A stretch of DNA of 64,000 nucleotides from Azolla caroliniana (taxonomy: Eukaryota > Plantae > Polypodiophyta). Positions 49,340 through 63,700 of the stretch are shown here, in pieces. The position numbers and the translations under genes were made by a program. The stretch lies in assembly GCA_043228905.1 (NCBI GenBank), contig JBHGNT010000010.1:17236001-17300000 (forward strand), given 5' to 3'. Each line of letters starts with the position of its first letter. Positions within the stretch are counted from its first letter, which is position 1. Below the pieces are notes generated by a model. The model saw nothing but the letters and a program-made list of their open reading frames with translations, did not search any database and had not been told where the DNA came from.

Positions 49340-52300
49340 CAAGAGCATATATTGAATGTATGCAACGAGGAACAGATTGATCAGGATGCCTAAGATACCA
49401 AAGAGAGTTACTACTCAAATGATGGACCGACTAAATACCCCTATATGTATGCAAGAATTGTGGGATGCAATTTCAAATATGAACAAAGAAAGTTGTGCAG
49501 GAATTGATGGACTCCCTATATATTTTTACATCAAATATTGGGATCTAATTAAGGATGACATGTTAGAAGGGATGCAATACATTATGGCAGATGGTTTAAT
49601 GCATCCAACAATGTGCAGAGGAATGATTTATTTAATTCCCAAGGATGGAAAAGATCTGACAATACTTGATAATTGGCAACCATTGACGATTCTAACTAAT
49701 GCCTATAATATCATGGCTAAAGTTGTAAGTAGTCGATTGAAAATGGTACTAGGGGACATTATACATACAATGCAAACTGGCTTCCTAGAAAACCAGAGCA
49801 TTTTTGACAATGTGATAACTTTTTGGAAGTATTCAACATGGGGGAAGGAGCAAGAAGTGAACCTGGCAGTAATGTTACTCAACTTCGAAAAAGCATATGA
49901 CAGGATCTCATGGGAATTCCTAGAAGCAGTGATGGATGACCTAGGCTTCGAGCAACAATGGATCCTTGGAACGGGTGCCTTTTAAAGGGATGCTTCCAGC
50001 CAAGTTTTAATGGCTAGAAGCTTGGGGAAGAGCTTTAGGATGACACGGTCGGTACGCCAAGGATGCCCATTGGCCCCGTACCTATTCATTATTGCAGCAA
50101 AAGCTTTGCATTATCAGATTGTTGATAGATATTGGCAAATACAAGGCCTTCTCCTACCCGAGGATGCAGGAATGATGCTTGATACAGAATATGTTGATGA
50201 TACAACAACTTACATTAAGGGGGATGCAAACAACTTGGACAGACTGCAAAGTGCAATAAATGAGTTTTGTAGGTGCTAAAATAAACTGGAATAAATTAGT
50301 TGGCATTTGGATTAGTAATAAGCTTGTGGTAAATTCGGCTCCAGGCCCCAATTTCAGATGGTTGAGGAGAGGAGAAGCTACTAGATACTTGGGTTTCAAA
50401 ATTGGTATGGAGAAGCTAATATGATGGAATGCAAGAAAAATTGCAGGCAAGATTGTGATTGCAAATAGGTTCTAATGGCCACTATATGGCATATTGCAAC
50501 ATGTTGGATAATTGTGCCCAAGTCGATGAAAGTGATAAAAAGGCTTATTAGAAATTTCTTATGGTGGGCATAGAGGAAAAACATGGTCGTGCAAAGGTTG
50601 CATGGACCACACTTATAAAAGATAAAAGTGAAGGTGGGGTGGGACTAATCGATCCCATGGTGCAAACAAAGGCCTTGCTAGGCAAAGTGGTGGTCAAGAG
50701 CTTGCAACCACCTGAGGCACCTTGGAAAATTCTTTGGAGACATAGATGGAAGATGTGGTTGCCAAGACAAGGTGGAAGTTGACCAAGTAGCGCTTTTGGG
50801 GTTTTGTGCCAGAAATGTGACCCAAATACCGGGGATGTACACAAACTATATGTGTTATTGGAATTATGAAGGTGTGGCAAGGAATCAGAAAGGGAATCAT
50901 TTGTAGGTGGAGAAATGATGCATATGCTCGAATGTACATGCCTATTGTTTGGAACCCACTAATCAGAGATGTGGATGGGTTGATGATAGGACAAAAAGTA
51001 GGCTTCGAATGGGCCAACTTAATCAATGCCCAAGGGAATGCATTGGCGGAATGGAAGAAATTTTTGTCTAATGATGTGGGCACTCAAAAGGCTAGAATAT
51101 GGAGGGTAAACAGGGGTAACCGCATGCTAATGAGAATTACAAAGGCCATTGCACGCAACAGGCAAACCTTGGAAGATGAAGTTATAAGTCCCTCCAAAAT
51201 GTAATGGATAGGACATATAGATGTTGGAAATTATCTAATTGAAATTAAAGGAATGAAAGCAAGCTCTAATGAGGCATGTTACTACAAAATAGTGCATGGA
51301 ATGGCAATATGTGAGCAACCAGCGTATCAAACTACCCGTGATGTGTTGGTGTAATGGTAATGGGGGGACACTCCAACCGCTAGGTTGGAGGTTCGAGTCT
51401 ACCCGCACCACATACATGTGGTACCTAAAAAGAGCGATTTGTGCTTGTAAGTGACGACGCAAATGGTGACAATGAAGGGCAGTTTGTGCCCGTAAGTGAC
51501 AACGACGAAGATGGTGACGGTGACAACAATGACGGTTTCGACGATGAAGAAGGTAAAATGTAGCCTGTCTACAAGTTGCATGATGGAACGTGCTGCGAGT
51601 CTCATCATATCCTAGAGGTCATCCTGTGCATGTATCTCACTCGTACCATTCAGTACACCCATGTATTGCTAATAAAACATGACTTTGTGTGAGTTGTAGC
51701 CCTCGGGCGAGCCAAAGATAAAAAATACTAAAGTAGTATAAACAATTAAAATAAAAATAAAAATTAGCCTATCAAACTAAAAGGCTGATTAGGTTGCTTG
51801 CAAAAAATGGAAAGGATATGATAGTTGACCCCAAGCCGAGTGAGATCAAACCAACGACAATGTGTTGGCTGATATAAGGGCATTCAAATCAGCTATCATG
51901 GGACCCAATGATGTATTTCTGGAGAACTCAAGGACGAATTGATGGTGCCAAGTTGGTTCACTTTTTCAAGTACACGAAAATTGGGAGGCAAATTATTCTA
52001 GAACAAGATCACAAAGATATTGCAGCTCATAAATATTGGATACAAGAGGGCATTAGTGAAAGGAGATTAGCTAAATTCTGGAAAATGATATGGCATGACA
52101 GTGGTGACCGCAAGATAATGATGTGCTTATGGCTTATTATGCATAGAGCCTTGCCAATAGGGGTGTGGGCTAAAGGCCCCAATGTAGACCCTAGATGTAG
52201 TGCATGTGCACAACTAGAAAGCATTTCCCATTGTTTATGGGAATGTCATGAGGCAACGGTTGTACGAGGAAGGGCATTACGATTGCTATGCCATGCCTGT

Positions 52301-52940
52301 AGCTCATTTACCCTCAAATGGGGACATGCTTGTTGGAACTGTCTTGATGATGATGTGGAGAAATTTGATAGCACATGCAAAGCAATGTACATAGGGGAGA
52401 ATGGAACTATTCGATTGATCACTAATAACAGGGCACCTATAGTTAGTGCCCAGAAGCAGAAAATTGGAGATCTATGGATGTTGCTTGCATCCATTATCAT
52501 ATGGAGCATATGGATAACAAGATGTACTAGGGTATTTTCAGCAAACAAACGGCCTCCAGCAGAATCTATTAAGCTAATATGGCACACATTGAGGGCCCAA
52601 TATGAGCGAATTGATGGAACAGATAATGCTTCAAAACTAATGAGGCTGAATTTCAGAAAATGATGGTGTACTACAACAATGGCTGCAAAAACTGGAGTGG
52701 ATATATGTTGGTAGTACGTAGTGCCCAAATGGTTGTTCCTCCCTCCCATTAGATGAAAGAGGGGAGTGAGTGACATGAGAAACATAGAGCACAAACATGT
52801 GGGCTATTGAGTGTAAGATAAATAAGTGATGTCGCCCATATGGAAATAGGTAATGACTACCCGATAAAGGTTATAAAGTTGTGTATTGAATGAGATTTTA
52901 ACTAATGGAGTATATTCCTATTTGGAAAAAAATAATAAAA
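49340..52940 (+). mobile_element. 5'-truncated L1-type LINE with RT and zf-RVT, interrupted by a SINE
   Basis: GIDGLP, NWQPLTIL, NFEKAYDRI, VRQGCPLAP, EYVDD, GGVGL and CSAC..ESISHCLWEC motifs; A-rich tail at 52927-52940. Confidence 0.9.
51335..51765 (+). mobile_element. tRNA-derived SINE (~430 bp)
   Basis: A box TGGTGTAATGG at 51347-51357, B box GGTTCGAGTCT at 51390-51400, A-rich tail, 14-bp TSD AGC(G/C)TATCAAACTA at 51321-51334 and 51766-51779. Confidence 0.85.
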
Positions 52941-55900
52941 ACGGTTTTTTTAGTCTTTTGTTCATAAGTGTTCAAATGTAGTCTTTTGCTCTTTAATGCA
53001 TATACAAAAGTGGGTTTACCTTCAACCCCACCCAACTCATATGATGATAGCAAGTGGCATGTCTCTCTATTTTTCTTCAATCTCCTTATACATTTGGACA
53101 TTATTGAAATAAATTACTCAAAGCTAGATAAGAAGGATATGTATTATATGGAAGTTTGCATCTCTTAGAATCCTTGATCTCATGATTTCAAAGTGTCTTG
53201 TTTTATGCCAATATTTTCATCTTATGCAAACTTGGAATCTAGAATCTAGGAACAAGATATTAGTCTTGTCAACTTCAATAATGTCATCTTAGAACATTAA
53301 TTCTGCAAATAAACTATTTACACAAAATTATCGATAAGTTGTGTGAAAACATTATTTGACTTATGAGTTCCAATCTTAAGCTTAAAGCAACATGTTCCAT
53401 AATTTAAACTCGCCTTCTTTTAAGGTATAAGATTTACCAAGACCAAACTACACTAACCCATACTTGTAACTATAGATACATGTTTATACATATTACGAGA
53501 TCCATGCACAACAAAGAAAAAAGATGACTCTATTAAGCAACAAATTTTTCTATTCAAGTACCCAAATGCTATGTATAAGGTTGAGAAACTATGGCCGATA
53601 AATAGTTGTTAAATCCATGAAATTTTGGATTTCATAATGCGACATTACAAGGTTTAATCACTTACTTTCATGTGTTTATTACAACAATCACGTGGAACTT
53701 TTGAGAGAGAAAATAAAGTTCAAAAAACATTGTAAATTGGTTGGCATTTAAAACACGCTATCATGAATGAATATCATATTTCAAGTAAAGGTAACCTAAT
53801 CGTACGTTGGTCTATGAATTTAGTGCCAAAGGAACAATGGAGGCATTCACCTTAGTGCCTAACAAGAGGTCGAAGGGCATCAAATCTTTGATTACAACAT
53901 ACATCAAACTCGCATCACTTTTGCAATCAAGAGATAATTCAAAGTGGATACGCATACAATAAACAATAATAGGTAGAGAATAGTACCGCATTATCCTAAC
54001 TACTCCTTTTTGTGAATCAAAAAGGTCAAAGAGTCTCACATGCTCCCATCTAGCCAAAACCATTCGATGCTTGTAACACATAAACACTACAAATGTGGTA
54101 TAGAGGTGTAGATATGTCTCTTTTTTCTCTTAATGGGGGTTATAAAAACCATCATTAAGGATGGAGTCCCTCGGCTCCCAATTAATATAAATACAGACAT
54201 TGGTGCGATAATGATCTCGAACAAAAGATAATTATATTGGTCTCTTTCTTATGAGAGCACACGTAAATATGTGTTAAACATGTTTGTGGAGTTTTGTTAC
54301 GTTATGAAGAATAGGCCATATGAGATATTCTACATTTGTAAGTAATCATGGTCTTCCATTTTAAGGAAGATTAAGACTATTTGTTTCGTGATTTCTATTG
54401 TTATAATAAATAATCGTGGGGTGTAATCTGATTTTTAATTTTTAGCTTTCATTGGGATGTTCAATTGCCCTATGCAAAAAATGTTATTTTTTATTTCTCT
54501 ATAGGTTATAAACTTATATGTTTAATTTAATCTTCGTGCAATATGATTATTAGTTTCATTGATATATCTTTATTTGCTTCTATAGAACATATAACAATTG
54601 CCATTGGTAAATGATACGTGGACACATTAATACACACACAAATGTATGTGTTTAGCACTGCATTCTCTTATTGATGGGAAACCTCAATGCAACGTGAACC
54701 ATGAAAAACTACAAAAGCATATCTATATGAAACATTAAAAAATATTGCATAAATATGTCTACCAATGTCATGGTGAATGTAACAAATTTAAAGAGATAGC
54801 CAAAGTGAAAAAAACTAATATGGATAAGTACTAATCCACAAACACACACACATTCTCTATCACTGACATTTTCGTTTCCATTTTCTTCTTCCCCTCATCT
54901 CTCCAAACTTTGATCTTCACCTTGGGCAAGCCTTGTTTCATATATTGCAATCGGCCTCCAGTGGACATTAAAATGATTTTATTTGTCTATCTCAAAGAGC
55001 TCATCCCCATCTCATAAACCGCAATTAGTTCCCCATGGGCATTAAAAAAATATCTCTCTCTATCTACTTCCAACAATCTATCTCATACCCAATAAAAAGG
55101 TATATGTATTGTTAATGACTTAGTTAGCATAACATAGGCACCAAAAGGTTGTATAAATACGAAGGTGGATGACATATTGACATTGTTTCCTCACCCATTC
55201 ACATGAAAAGATTTAGTAACTCAAAATTCTTTCTTCGATGACAGCCATCCGCTTGACTCTACTTCCAACTTTCCTGAGGTAAAAATGAAAAAATAGGGTT
55301 CTTGTGTGTGGAAATGACAAAATTTCTTAATTTATGTGCCTACAAATTTGCATCTTCAACTCTTTTCCATAGCTACAAGCATACAAGAGTGCTTCAAATA
55401 AATCATAAAATAAGAGTTATTATATCCTCTTGATTAGCCTATCACAATATGCAATTGATCAATAAAATCATTTATCAACATGCAGCCAAGAACTAGGCGA
55501 CAAAGGTTATTTTTAATTCTTTCTTAGAGGATTCTTTTTCACTCCATGCTCAACATAATTGACGTTTTTTTATTGAATCTCAAAGACAACAATTTTTAAA
55601 CCAAAAAAAAAAAATACAAAATTCTTACCATGTCACTTGTATACATTTTGATGAGATTAACTTTGAAGCATTGCAGTATTGTACATTTTTCTCTAACAAT
55701 ATAACAATATTAGTCTCTTTGGTCTACTAGCATATTGGCATCGACTTTTTTTAATTACATGCATTTCTTACATGAATTTGTTTTTGCCTATAATCATTCT
55801 AATACAACTCTATGTAGTCAATAAGCATCAGGATAAGCTATATGTGTTGCCAATTGAAGATATCAATGAACATTTTGATATTGGTCTATGTGGCTTTGAT

Positions 55901-57700
55901 AACCATTATGATATGAGTCAACGTAGGACAGAAGCATGATCAGAATATGTTCGAATGTTAATCTGTTGCACTCGATTGTCGAAATCAAAATTGGCATGAG
56001 CAACATGCAACATCAATCAAACACACTCTCCCTATTATAAAAGCATTTCTTACATACCTTCTTTTTTAGATTATATGTTTTCCGATAATATGGGTCAAAT
56101 GTAGCCGCAAGCATTTTGATTTATCGATACAAGGAGCCAAGTTGCAAGCAACAAATCTATGATGTTTATGTTGGTTTGTAAGGCATTCTCGCACATATAT
56201 CGGGTCGACACATCTCCCTCTCTTTTTTGTTTCGCAATTGGATTTGTATCTATCTATATGTACATACATCATCACACAGTACACACACAACTCTGATCTA
56301 ATTATACCAAGATAATTCTGGGACCCGCCTTCGGTACGATCCAATGATCCAATGATCATCCAATGAGAGTGTGCCTCATGGACCAAGTCCAAGTCATGAG
56401 TCATGAGTCATGAATCTTAACATGATAGACATGACTAGGGACCCTCTCTCTCTCTCTCTTTCTGTAGTATCTACCAAATTGGGGGTGTTCTGTTCTTATG
56501 GGCTTGCTTTTACTCTGTTTCTACTCCCTTCTAAGTTCTGACTCCTCAAAGTTGAACTAAAAATGGTAACCATCCATCATCCATGGAATGGAAAGAGTGA
56601 ATGAAGGAAGATTCTTTTTCCTGTTTCTGCTCACCTTTTTTTGTTTTGTTTTGAGTCTCAGAATTATTCACTTCGGACATGAGAAGCTTCTCTGTCTCTT
56701 GCCTTTCACTTCGTTTGTGTTCTTTGTTCTTAGCTCTGTTCCATCCATTCTCTCTCTACCCCCCTCCCCCTCCCCCCCCCATTAGTAGCTTAAAGCTTTA
56801 TTATCTTGAATTCTGACGAATACCCATCATAGATCGCATCTTGCTTTTTGTTGGGTTCTCTTCATTTTGGCCCTTTTTTTTGTTCCCTTTTTTGTTCCTT
56901 CAGTTCTGCAGAACAGACAGAGCAGAAACAAAAAAAGAAGAAGATCTACTCATCATCTCTTGCAGACTATACATATCCATCAGATTACAGGTGAAACCCT
57001 ACATGTCTTTTGTCCTTTTTCACACATTCTCTTGTTATATATAGGAACCAGGTCTGTGCTCTCTCTTTCTCTCTGTGAAAAGTTACCACAATTCAATATT
57101 GAGCTTGGGACCTTATGTACACATCCATGGAAGCTTCATACTAATGTTTATGCAAAAGTAGTCTAAGATCACTTAAAGTGAAAATACCCACAATTGAACG
57201 TGGACCATACTTACACATCCATGGAAGGTTAATCCTCCTGTTGATGCATAAATCATATGAAGTGGACATAATTTATCATCATGTTGATGGGGAAATTTGA
57301 GATCATTTAATAAAGAAGAAAGAGGATAGCTCAAACGATCTAGAATTGAATTCGAGACCTTAGCGTGAAATCCATGACAGCATCATTTTTGCCTTGATTC
57401 ATAAATTGGAGATCATATAAAGTGAAAATCCTTGGGCTCTTTTGCACATTGTTCTTGGAACTATGTCTGGTAATGATTCAGGAATAACATAACAAATATC
57501 TAGCTCAGAAGTCTTTGGATTTTGAAGCACACTGTAAAAACTACTTTATTGGCAACAATTCTCCGGCAATGAGATAGTTTTCTTCAGAGGGGCAGAAAGC
57601 GGCATCAATCAAGCTCAGAATCTTAAGGTGATCGTTGTGTTTTAGGGTTTTTCTCAGCTTTTGCCTTTTCCACATACGGTGGTAAAAGACCATCTTAGGG

Positions 57701-60700
57701 ATGCCGACATTTCCTTTCTTCTTTAAGCGGAATAAGGACTCGAAGAAGAAAACAAATAGTGCTAAACTTGAAGATTCATCCCTAAGCAGCAATGACAGGT
57801 CAAACCAGAAGACTGAGCGTGTCAATTCATCTCTACATGGCTCCCCGAGATTAGAAGGGTTTGGAAACAATAGGGTTTCAAGGTACCCAGACAATGAGGA
57901 TAATTTCAATGTATGGCGAAACTCTGATCATTCTGTTAAGGTAAACTCTGGAATACCATGGATCTCTCAATCACCATGTGCTTCAAATACAGTTTCGAGA
58001 ACCCCAAGTAATCTTGATACATTTTTGCCTTTACCACTCCCTCCCGTCGATAAGAAGTCATTGGTGCAGCGTAATGAAAAACAGCATTTTCCACTTCCTT
58101 CCTCACGGTCACGCCCTATGGAGAACAGGAATCCTGAAGGTGGTGCATCGGGGTACCTTACAGATTCTGCTTCGAGTGATTGCTCATCAGAAAGTGGTGG
58201 CCATGAGTTTCCTTCTTCTTCTTACAGGAGGGTGTTTTCAGAAGTGGATGTGTTAAAGTCATACCACTCCGAGTAAGAGAACCTCCTATTCTTTCTGTTT
58301 TCATTTTTTAGTTTGTGTCAGTTTGTCAGATATTGTTAAGCCCTGAGCCAATTAGTGAAACGATGATCAAAGTTTTTTCCTTGTGCCAAAGGAACTTTTG
58401 CATATATGTTTTTGTTTTCGACAAAGCCATTGAACTTGTCAATTTTTTAATTGTCTTTGCTGAAAGTTGAACCGTTTTATCTAATTTTTTTTGTTACATA
58501 GAGAGTCCCAAAGGTTTCCAGCACATGTTTCCATGCAATCTACATTGTCTCCAAGAGTTGATGGGGGGAGCCCTGTTTCAGCTGCTGCTTCACAAAGGGT
58601 AGCATTCAGAAATGGACAAGTGGATGGCCGTGGACTGCACATTCACATACATGTGAATGGTAGTGCTTCAAACAGCACTTTCTCAAGTCCAGTTCTAAGT
58701 CCACAAAAGATGGGCCCTTCAGAACAACAACCATGGCCTTGGAATCCTACTACTAGTCATTTACAACAAGCCTCTAGTCCTGCATCAGGTCATAATTCTG
58801 GTCATAATTCAATTTCAAGTGATTTCCCGATGCAACAAAGAAGACAAAGTTCAGATTTGAGTCCAATCTCACAAAGCCGAGCTGTCTCTCCTCGCCATCA
58901 TTTATCTAATGGAATGGGATATGATTCGTCATCATGGACAGACGCACATCCATTGCCCCGACCACCCACATCGGGTACAACTACTGCTTCTCCTTCAGCT
59001 CCTCTTTCACCCCGCTCTTCTCCAGCACCTCTCTGGAATTCAAGTGAGCAGGGAACCTCGGCCGGGAAATGGCAGAAGGGGCGTTTGTTAGGAAGTGGTT
59101 CTTTTGGCAAAGTCTACAAAGGAATCCATAGGTGATAGCTATGTTATAGTTGAGTTGGACAAGTAAGATGACTCATGCACAAAAGCTTAAGAAAACAATG
59201 TTAAAATTTTGACAGTGAAACTGGAGAATTTTGTGCCATAAAAGAAGTGGAGTCAATAGGAGATGACCCAAAGGCAAAAGAATCAGCCAAGCAACTAAAT
59301 CAGGTGATAATTGAGATTTTTTGAGGTATCTTTATAACAAAACATTGTTTATAACGCTTCTTTTTTGTAATAATATGGTGGTGGTCTTGATTGAGAATTT
59401 ATTTTCATGTTTGTAATGTCACTTACAGGAGATTATATTTTTGAGTTCTCTCCGCCATCCTAATATTGTACAATACAAAGGGAGTGAGATGGTAATAGTT
59501 TTTGGAATCTTTTTATTTTATTTATATAATTTTTAGCATGTTTTGTGGTATCCTTAAATGCTGTAAATTGCATCTCTTAGATAGGGAAAAGTCTGTATAT
59601 ATACTTGGAACTTGTTTCTGGAGGGTCAATATACAAACTCTACCAAGAATTCAAGAAATTTGAAGAGCCAGTTATACGACGCTACACTCGTCAGATTCTG
59701 CAAGGACTTCAGTTTCTGCACAGCATGAACACAGTTCATAGGTAAGTAGTTTTAACTTATATCAGATACGATGTAACCATGTATGCTGACTTGTAATCTT
59801 TTGTGTATCGTCTATTTACAAGTATTTTGAATAGTTGAATATCATACATTGTGATCCATCTATCTCTATGTGTTTCTGGAATTGACCACATCCTTGTCTT
59901 AAATAGGGATATCAAGGGGGCAAATATTCTTGTGGACCAAGAGGGAACAGTAAAATTGGCAGACTTTGGCATGGCTAAACATGTAAATGTCTTCTTGATG
60001 ATGTTATTCTTAAACATTATGAAAATTGATAGCATCGATGATGTACAGAAGACTTCTGAATGATAAATGCATACATTATTGCATACATGATAAAAATTGA
60101 TAGCATCGATGATGATGAGTTAAATAATAGTATGGAACTTAGGTTATTCAATGGTTATGCAATTTATATCAGAGTTTCATTTGGCCATGACATCTTGTCT
60201 GGACTGTTCGCAGATAAAAGATCGGGGAACCCCGTTATCTTTCAAGGGGAGTCCTTATTGGATGGCTCCAGAGGTATGCTAATATCTGAATATTCAATAA
60301 TTATCTGTTTTATGAAATCATTCATAATAGTTCCCTTTATATTTATATTCTATTCTGTCTTATGATGCTTTAAGTATGCTGTTTGTGTTCACACAATCCA
60401 TTAGGTTCATTATTTCTTTGTATTGAAACAATCTCTCACATACCTTAGGTTTTGTTTGCTAAGTGCTTTGAAAATTTTCACGCTGTTTTTCGTCTATTTT
60501 TGAAAGATATTTATGCAAATTGATAAACTGAGTTCTGGCTGTGGAAATGTCTATAACTGCTGGCTGTGCAGCTAAGATCTTTGAAGACATAGCTGGAGCA
60601 GGCATGGTCATTATAGACGTGACAACTAATAGAATATAATGGTACCACTGGGTGAACATTTTTGCTTTTCATCAGAAATGTATACATCAAGAGGGCCTGG

Positions 60701-63700
60701 AAAAAATGAAGCAAGAAAGAAGTTTGAAGATCATGTATGAAGGAACTTGACAAATAAGCAACTTATCAAGCTTAGGTGACAATTATCGAGACAGATCAAA
60801 TAATTATTGGAGTGTGTCATCTCAAGTACACAGACAGCTTCGCAACAACTGCAAGTGTAGTTGATGAAAAGAGCAACATAATGGAACATCAATTTACCAC
60901 AATAATCTATCTGAATCATGAAATCGTAGACTTTTGACTCTGAACCTTCTCTGATTTATTTCGAGCAGTGTCAAACACTTGGAATCATTGTTGCCAAGGC
61001 CGCTCATATGGCCATGCGTATCATTTAATGCAATCCAGCCAAAGATTTGCTTTCTAAGGTACTAGAATACTCAATGAAGAAAGAGACCCGGTTATTCTCT
61101 AAATCTGACTTGGAACCAATATATACCAGTAAGAACTTCTGTTTGAATAATTTGACTTTAGTCAATTGTTGTACCAGTTGAGTATTGTGTCTTATACTTT
61201 TCTCAACTGTCTTAGCCTCAAATCCCCAGTTCAATAGTCTTAACTCCAATACATTGCTCTTTACACGCATGGCTAAAACTGAAGCAAATACTCTGAAATA
61301 GGAACACACAAGTTTTTGACCATCATATGCCTCAAAAGGTTTCTTCTTATGCAAGATTTAGGTGGTGGCCTATTCTGGATATACATTATTGTGCAACATG
61401 CACCTGATGAAGATATTTGTGTGAGGGGTGTAATCATGTATGCTCCAACATAGCTAGCTCATCATGTCCACATAGTGCCGACATTCTTTCTCTAGTAAGG
61501 AGAGCCGCTCTAGAGGCATATACTCCAACATTGTAGTGCGAAAGAGAATTACATTGGTATGTGTGGGTGTCAATCAGGAGATTTATGAGATGATCGATGA
61601 AGATATATTCTTAACTTAGAAGCATACATAGAATAACCTTAAGCAAAATAGATGAAAAGTAAATGGAATTGTTGTATATTATTTAGATTGAAGTTACGCC
61701 CCCCCCCTCCTCTTAATAACCCACATTTATGGGTTTATGTACGGCTAGCCATTGTGGGATTGGTGGGCACATGGTGCAACCTGGCACTTATGTCTTTGCA
61801 AAGATCATATAGACCAGATTTGATGTATCTGCACATGGCTTTCCTATGAAACCTTTTATATATCCCAAGGCTCTACCTACTCAAACCCAAGGCAACTGAA
61901 GTGGCACAAGGTTCAGACAATGGAGAGAGAGGAGGAGGAGATCTCCATTCATTTCTACTACTGTTGCCACTGCTCCTGATGGCCATGTTAGGACTAGCCT
62001 CTTAGGGCAGGGTAGGTTGGGGCTAGAGCAGTGGCTCCATTCTCCATGATGCAGCCTTTTGATTGGCGTGAATCAAATGCCATTCTCATGGATGTGATCA
62101 GTTGGATACCATCTGAGGCTGCATCCATGAAATTAGTAGTCAGAATTTTCTTCTTACCTGACTGTTTGCCTCAAGGACGTCAGAAACAAAAAAATGTTTG
62201 GTACTGTCCAATGATAGTGTTACAATTCTGTATACAGGAGGTTCAACTGTATTTATTTCAGCCTAAGTGTATGCCATTGACTTTTAATTGAAGGTATGTA
62301 GTACAGAGCAAGTTCTTATTGCTTTTATCCAACTCATCTTTCTACTTAACCAATTTTCTAAAGATTCTCTTGATTTTCTTTAGATGTGCATAAAACTTCT
62401 TAGATGCATTATTTAAAATGTGTCACTCTCATCATATATCTAAGGATAGTATACGGATTTGTCTTAATATATGTTTGATTTACTTGAATTCTCCTGTTTG
62501 TGCTGATGCTTCAGTGCTGGGAATTATTACAGGTAATCATGCAGAAAAACACAGGGTATGAATATGCAGTTGACATTTGGAGTCTGGGATGTACTGTTAT
62601 TGAGATGGTGACTGGAAAACCTCCATGGAGTGAATATGAAGGGGTAAGTGATATTTTAATGTGGAAATCATCTGCAGTTGAGTGTTGCCATATACATCTA
62701 CTAAGCTTTTTACCTGCTTTCTTGTATCATTTCCAGTCTGCAACTGTTATTAGACTGTCTTAATATCTCTTTGCACTATTTTTTTGTTATATCTATCTAT
62801 CTATATTGTTATTGTACTATTTTGTATACTGTTGTTTGGTTGCTCAGAGAATCGTTTATAGTAGTAGCACTGTCACAAGAGGTAAAATGCATGTGTAAAA
62901 CTGTTGTATTGATTTATTTGTTCCTAATTGATTCAGGTTGCAGCCATGTTTAAGGTTACAAGGGCAGAGACCCCTCCAATACCTGATGGCATCTCCCCTG
63001 AAGGTCAATCCTTTATAAGACTTTGCTTGCAAAAGAATCCTGCGGACCGACCTTCTGCAGCTGCATTGCTTGAACATCCCTTTGTTCAGATCGCAAATGA
63101 TGTTGTTGAGTGCATACATGCAATGGTCACTCCGGATTCCCAAGTAAGTCTTTTATTGTCTCAACATATCCTTTTCAAGGTGTCCAAAAAGTCCTAATAG
63201 GATTATAATATGTAAATGAACCCATAAGTTCATGGGAACTGATCCAAGAAGGCATGTGTTCGCATGCAAAAGCACTATGTACATCTACATAAAAAATGCC
63301 ACATTTAGGCATAGCATGTCAAACATTTAAGATGTTTGAGGCAAGGACACAAAGGAACGTGATCACTACGGGATTGATCATTGCCCAGTGCGTCGTCAGC
63401 CCGATGATTCAACCACATGATGATGTTCCTACATGTTTTTATTCGATATATAGATTTTAGACCTCCACTTTGGGGGACATGTAGTGTTGATGCAAATATA
63501 ATCAATTAAATACAAATGTCCATACCTTCCTTTTCATATCTACTCCTACTTCAAGGCTTACATGCATGTGCACATAAAGCACAATAATTCTCTATGTATA
63601 TTGCTTCAAAAAATGACTCTATCCCTTTTGGTGTTCTAACTTCGCACTGATATGGAACAGGATGTAGGAGAAAGGAGCATGCTGTATGAAACAGAGGGTA

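Noticed and set aside
51335-51410. Functional tRNA gene
   Set aside because: No convincing acceptor or anticodon stems; followed by a SINE body, tail and TSD.
52941-56400. Short ORFs in the AT-rich intergenic stretch
   Set aside because: No domains, splice-consistent structure or repeats recognised.
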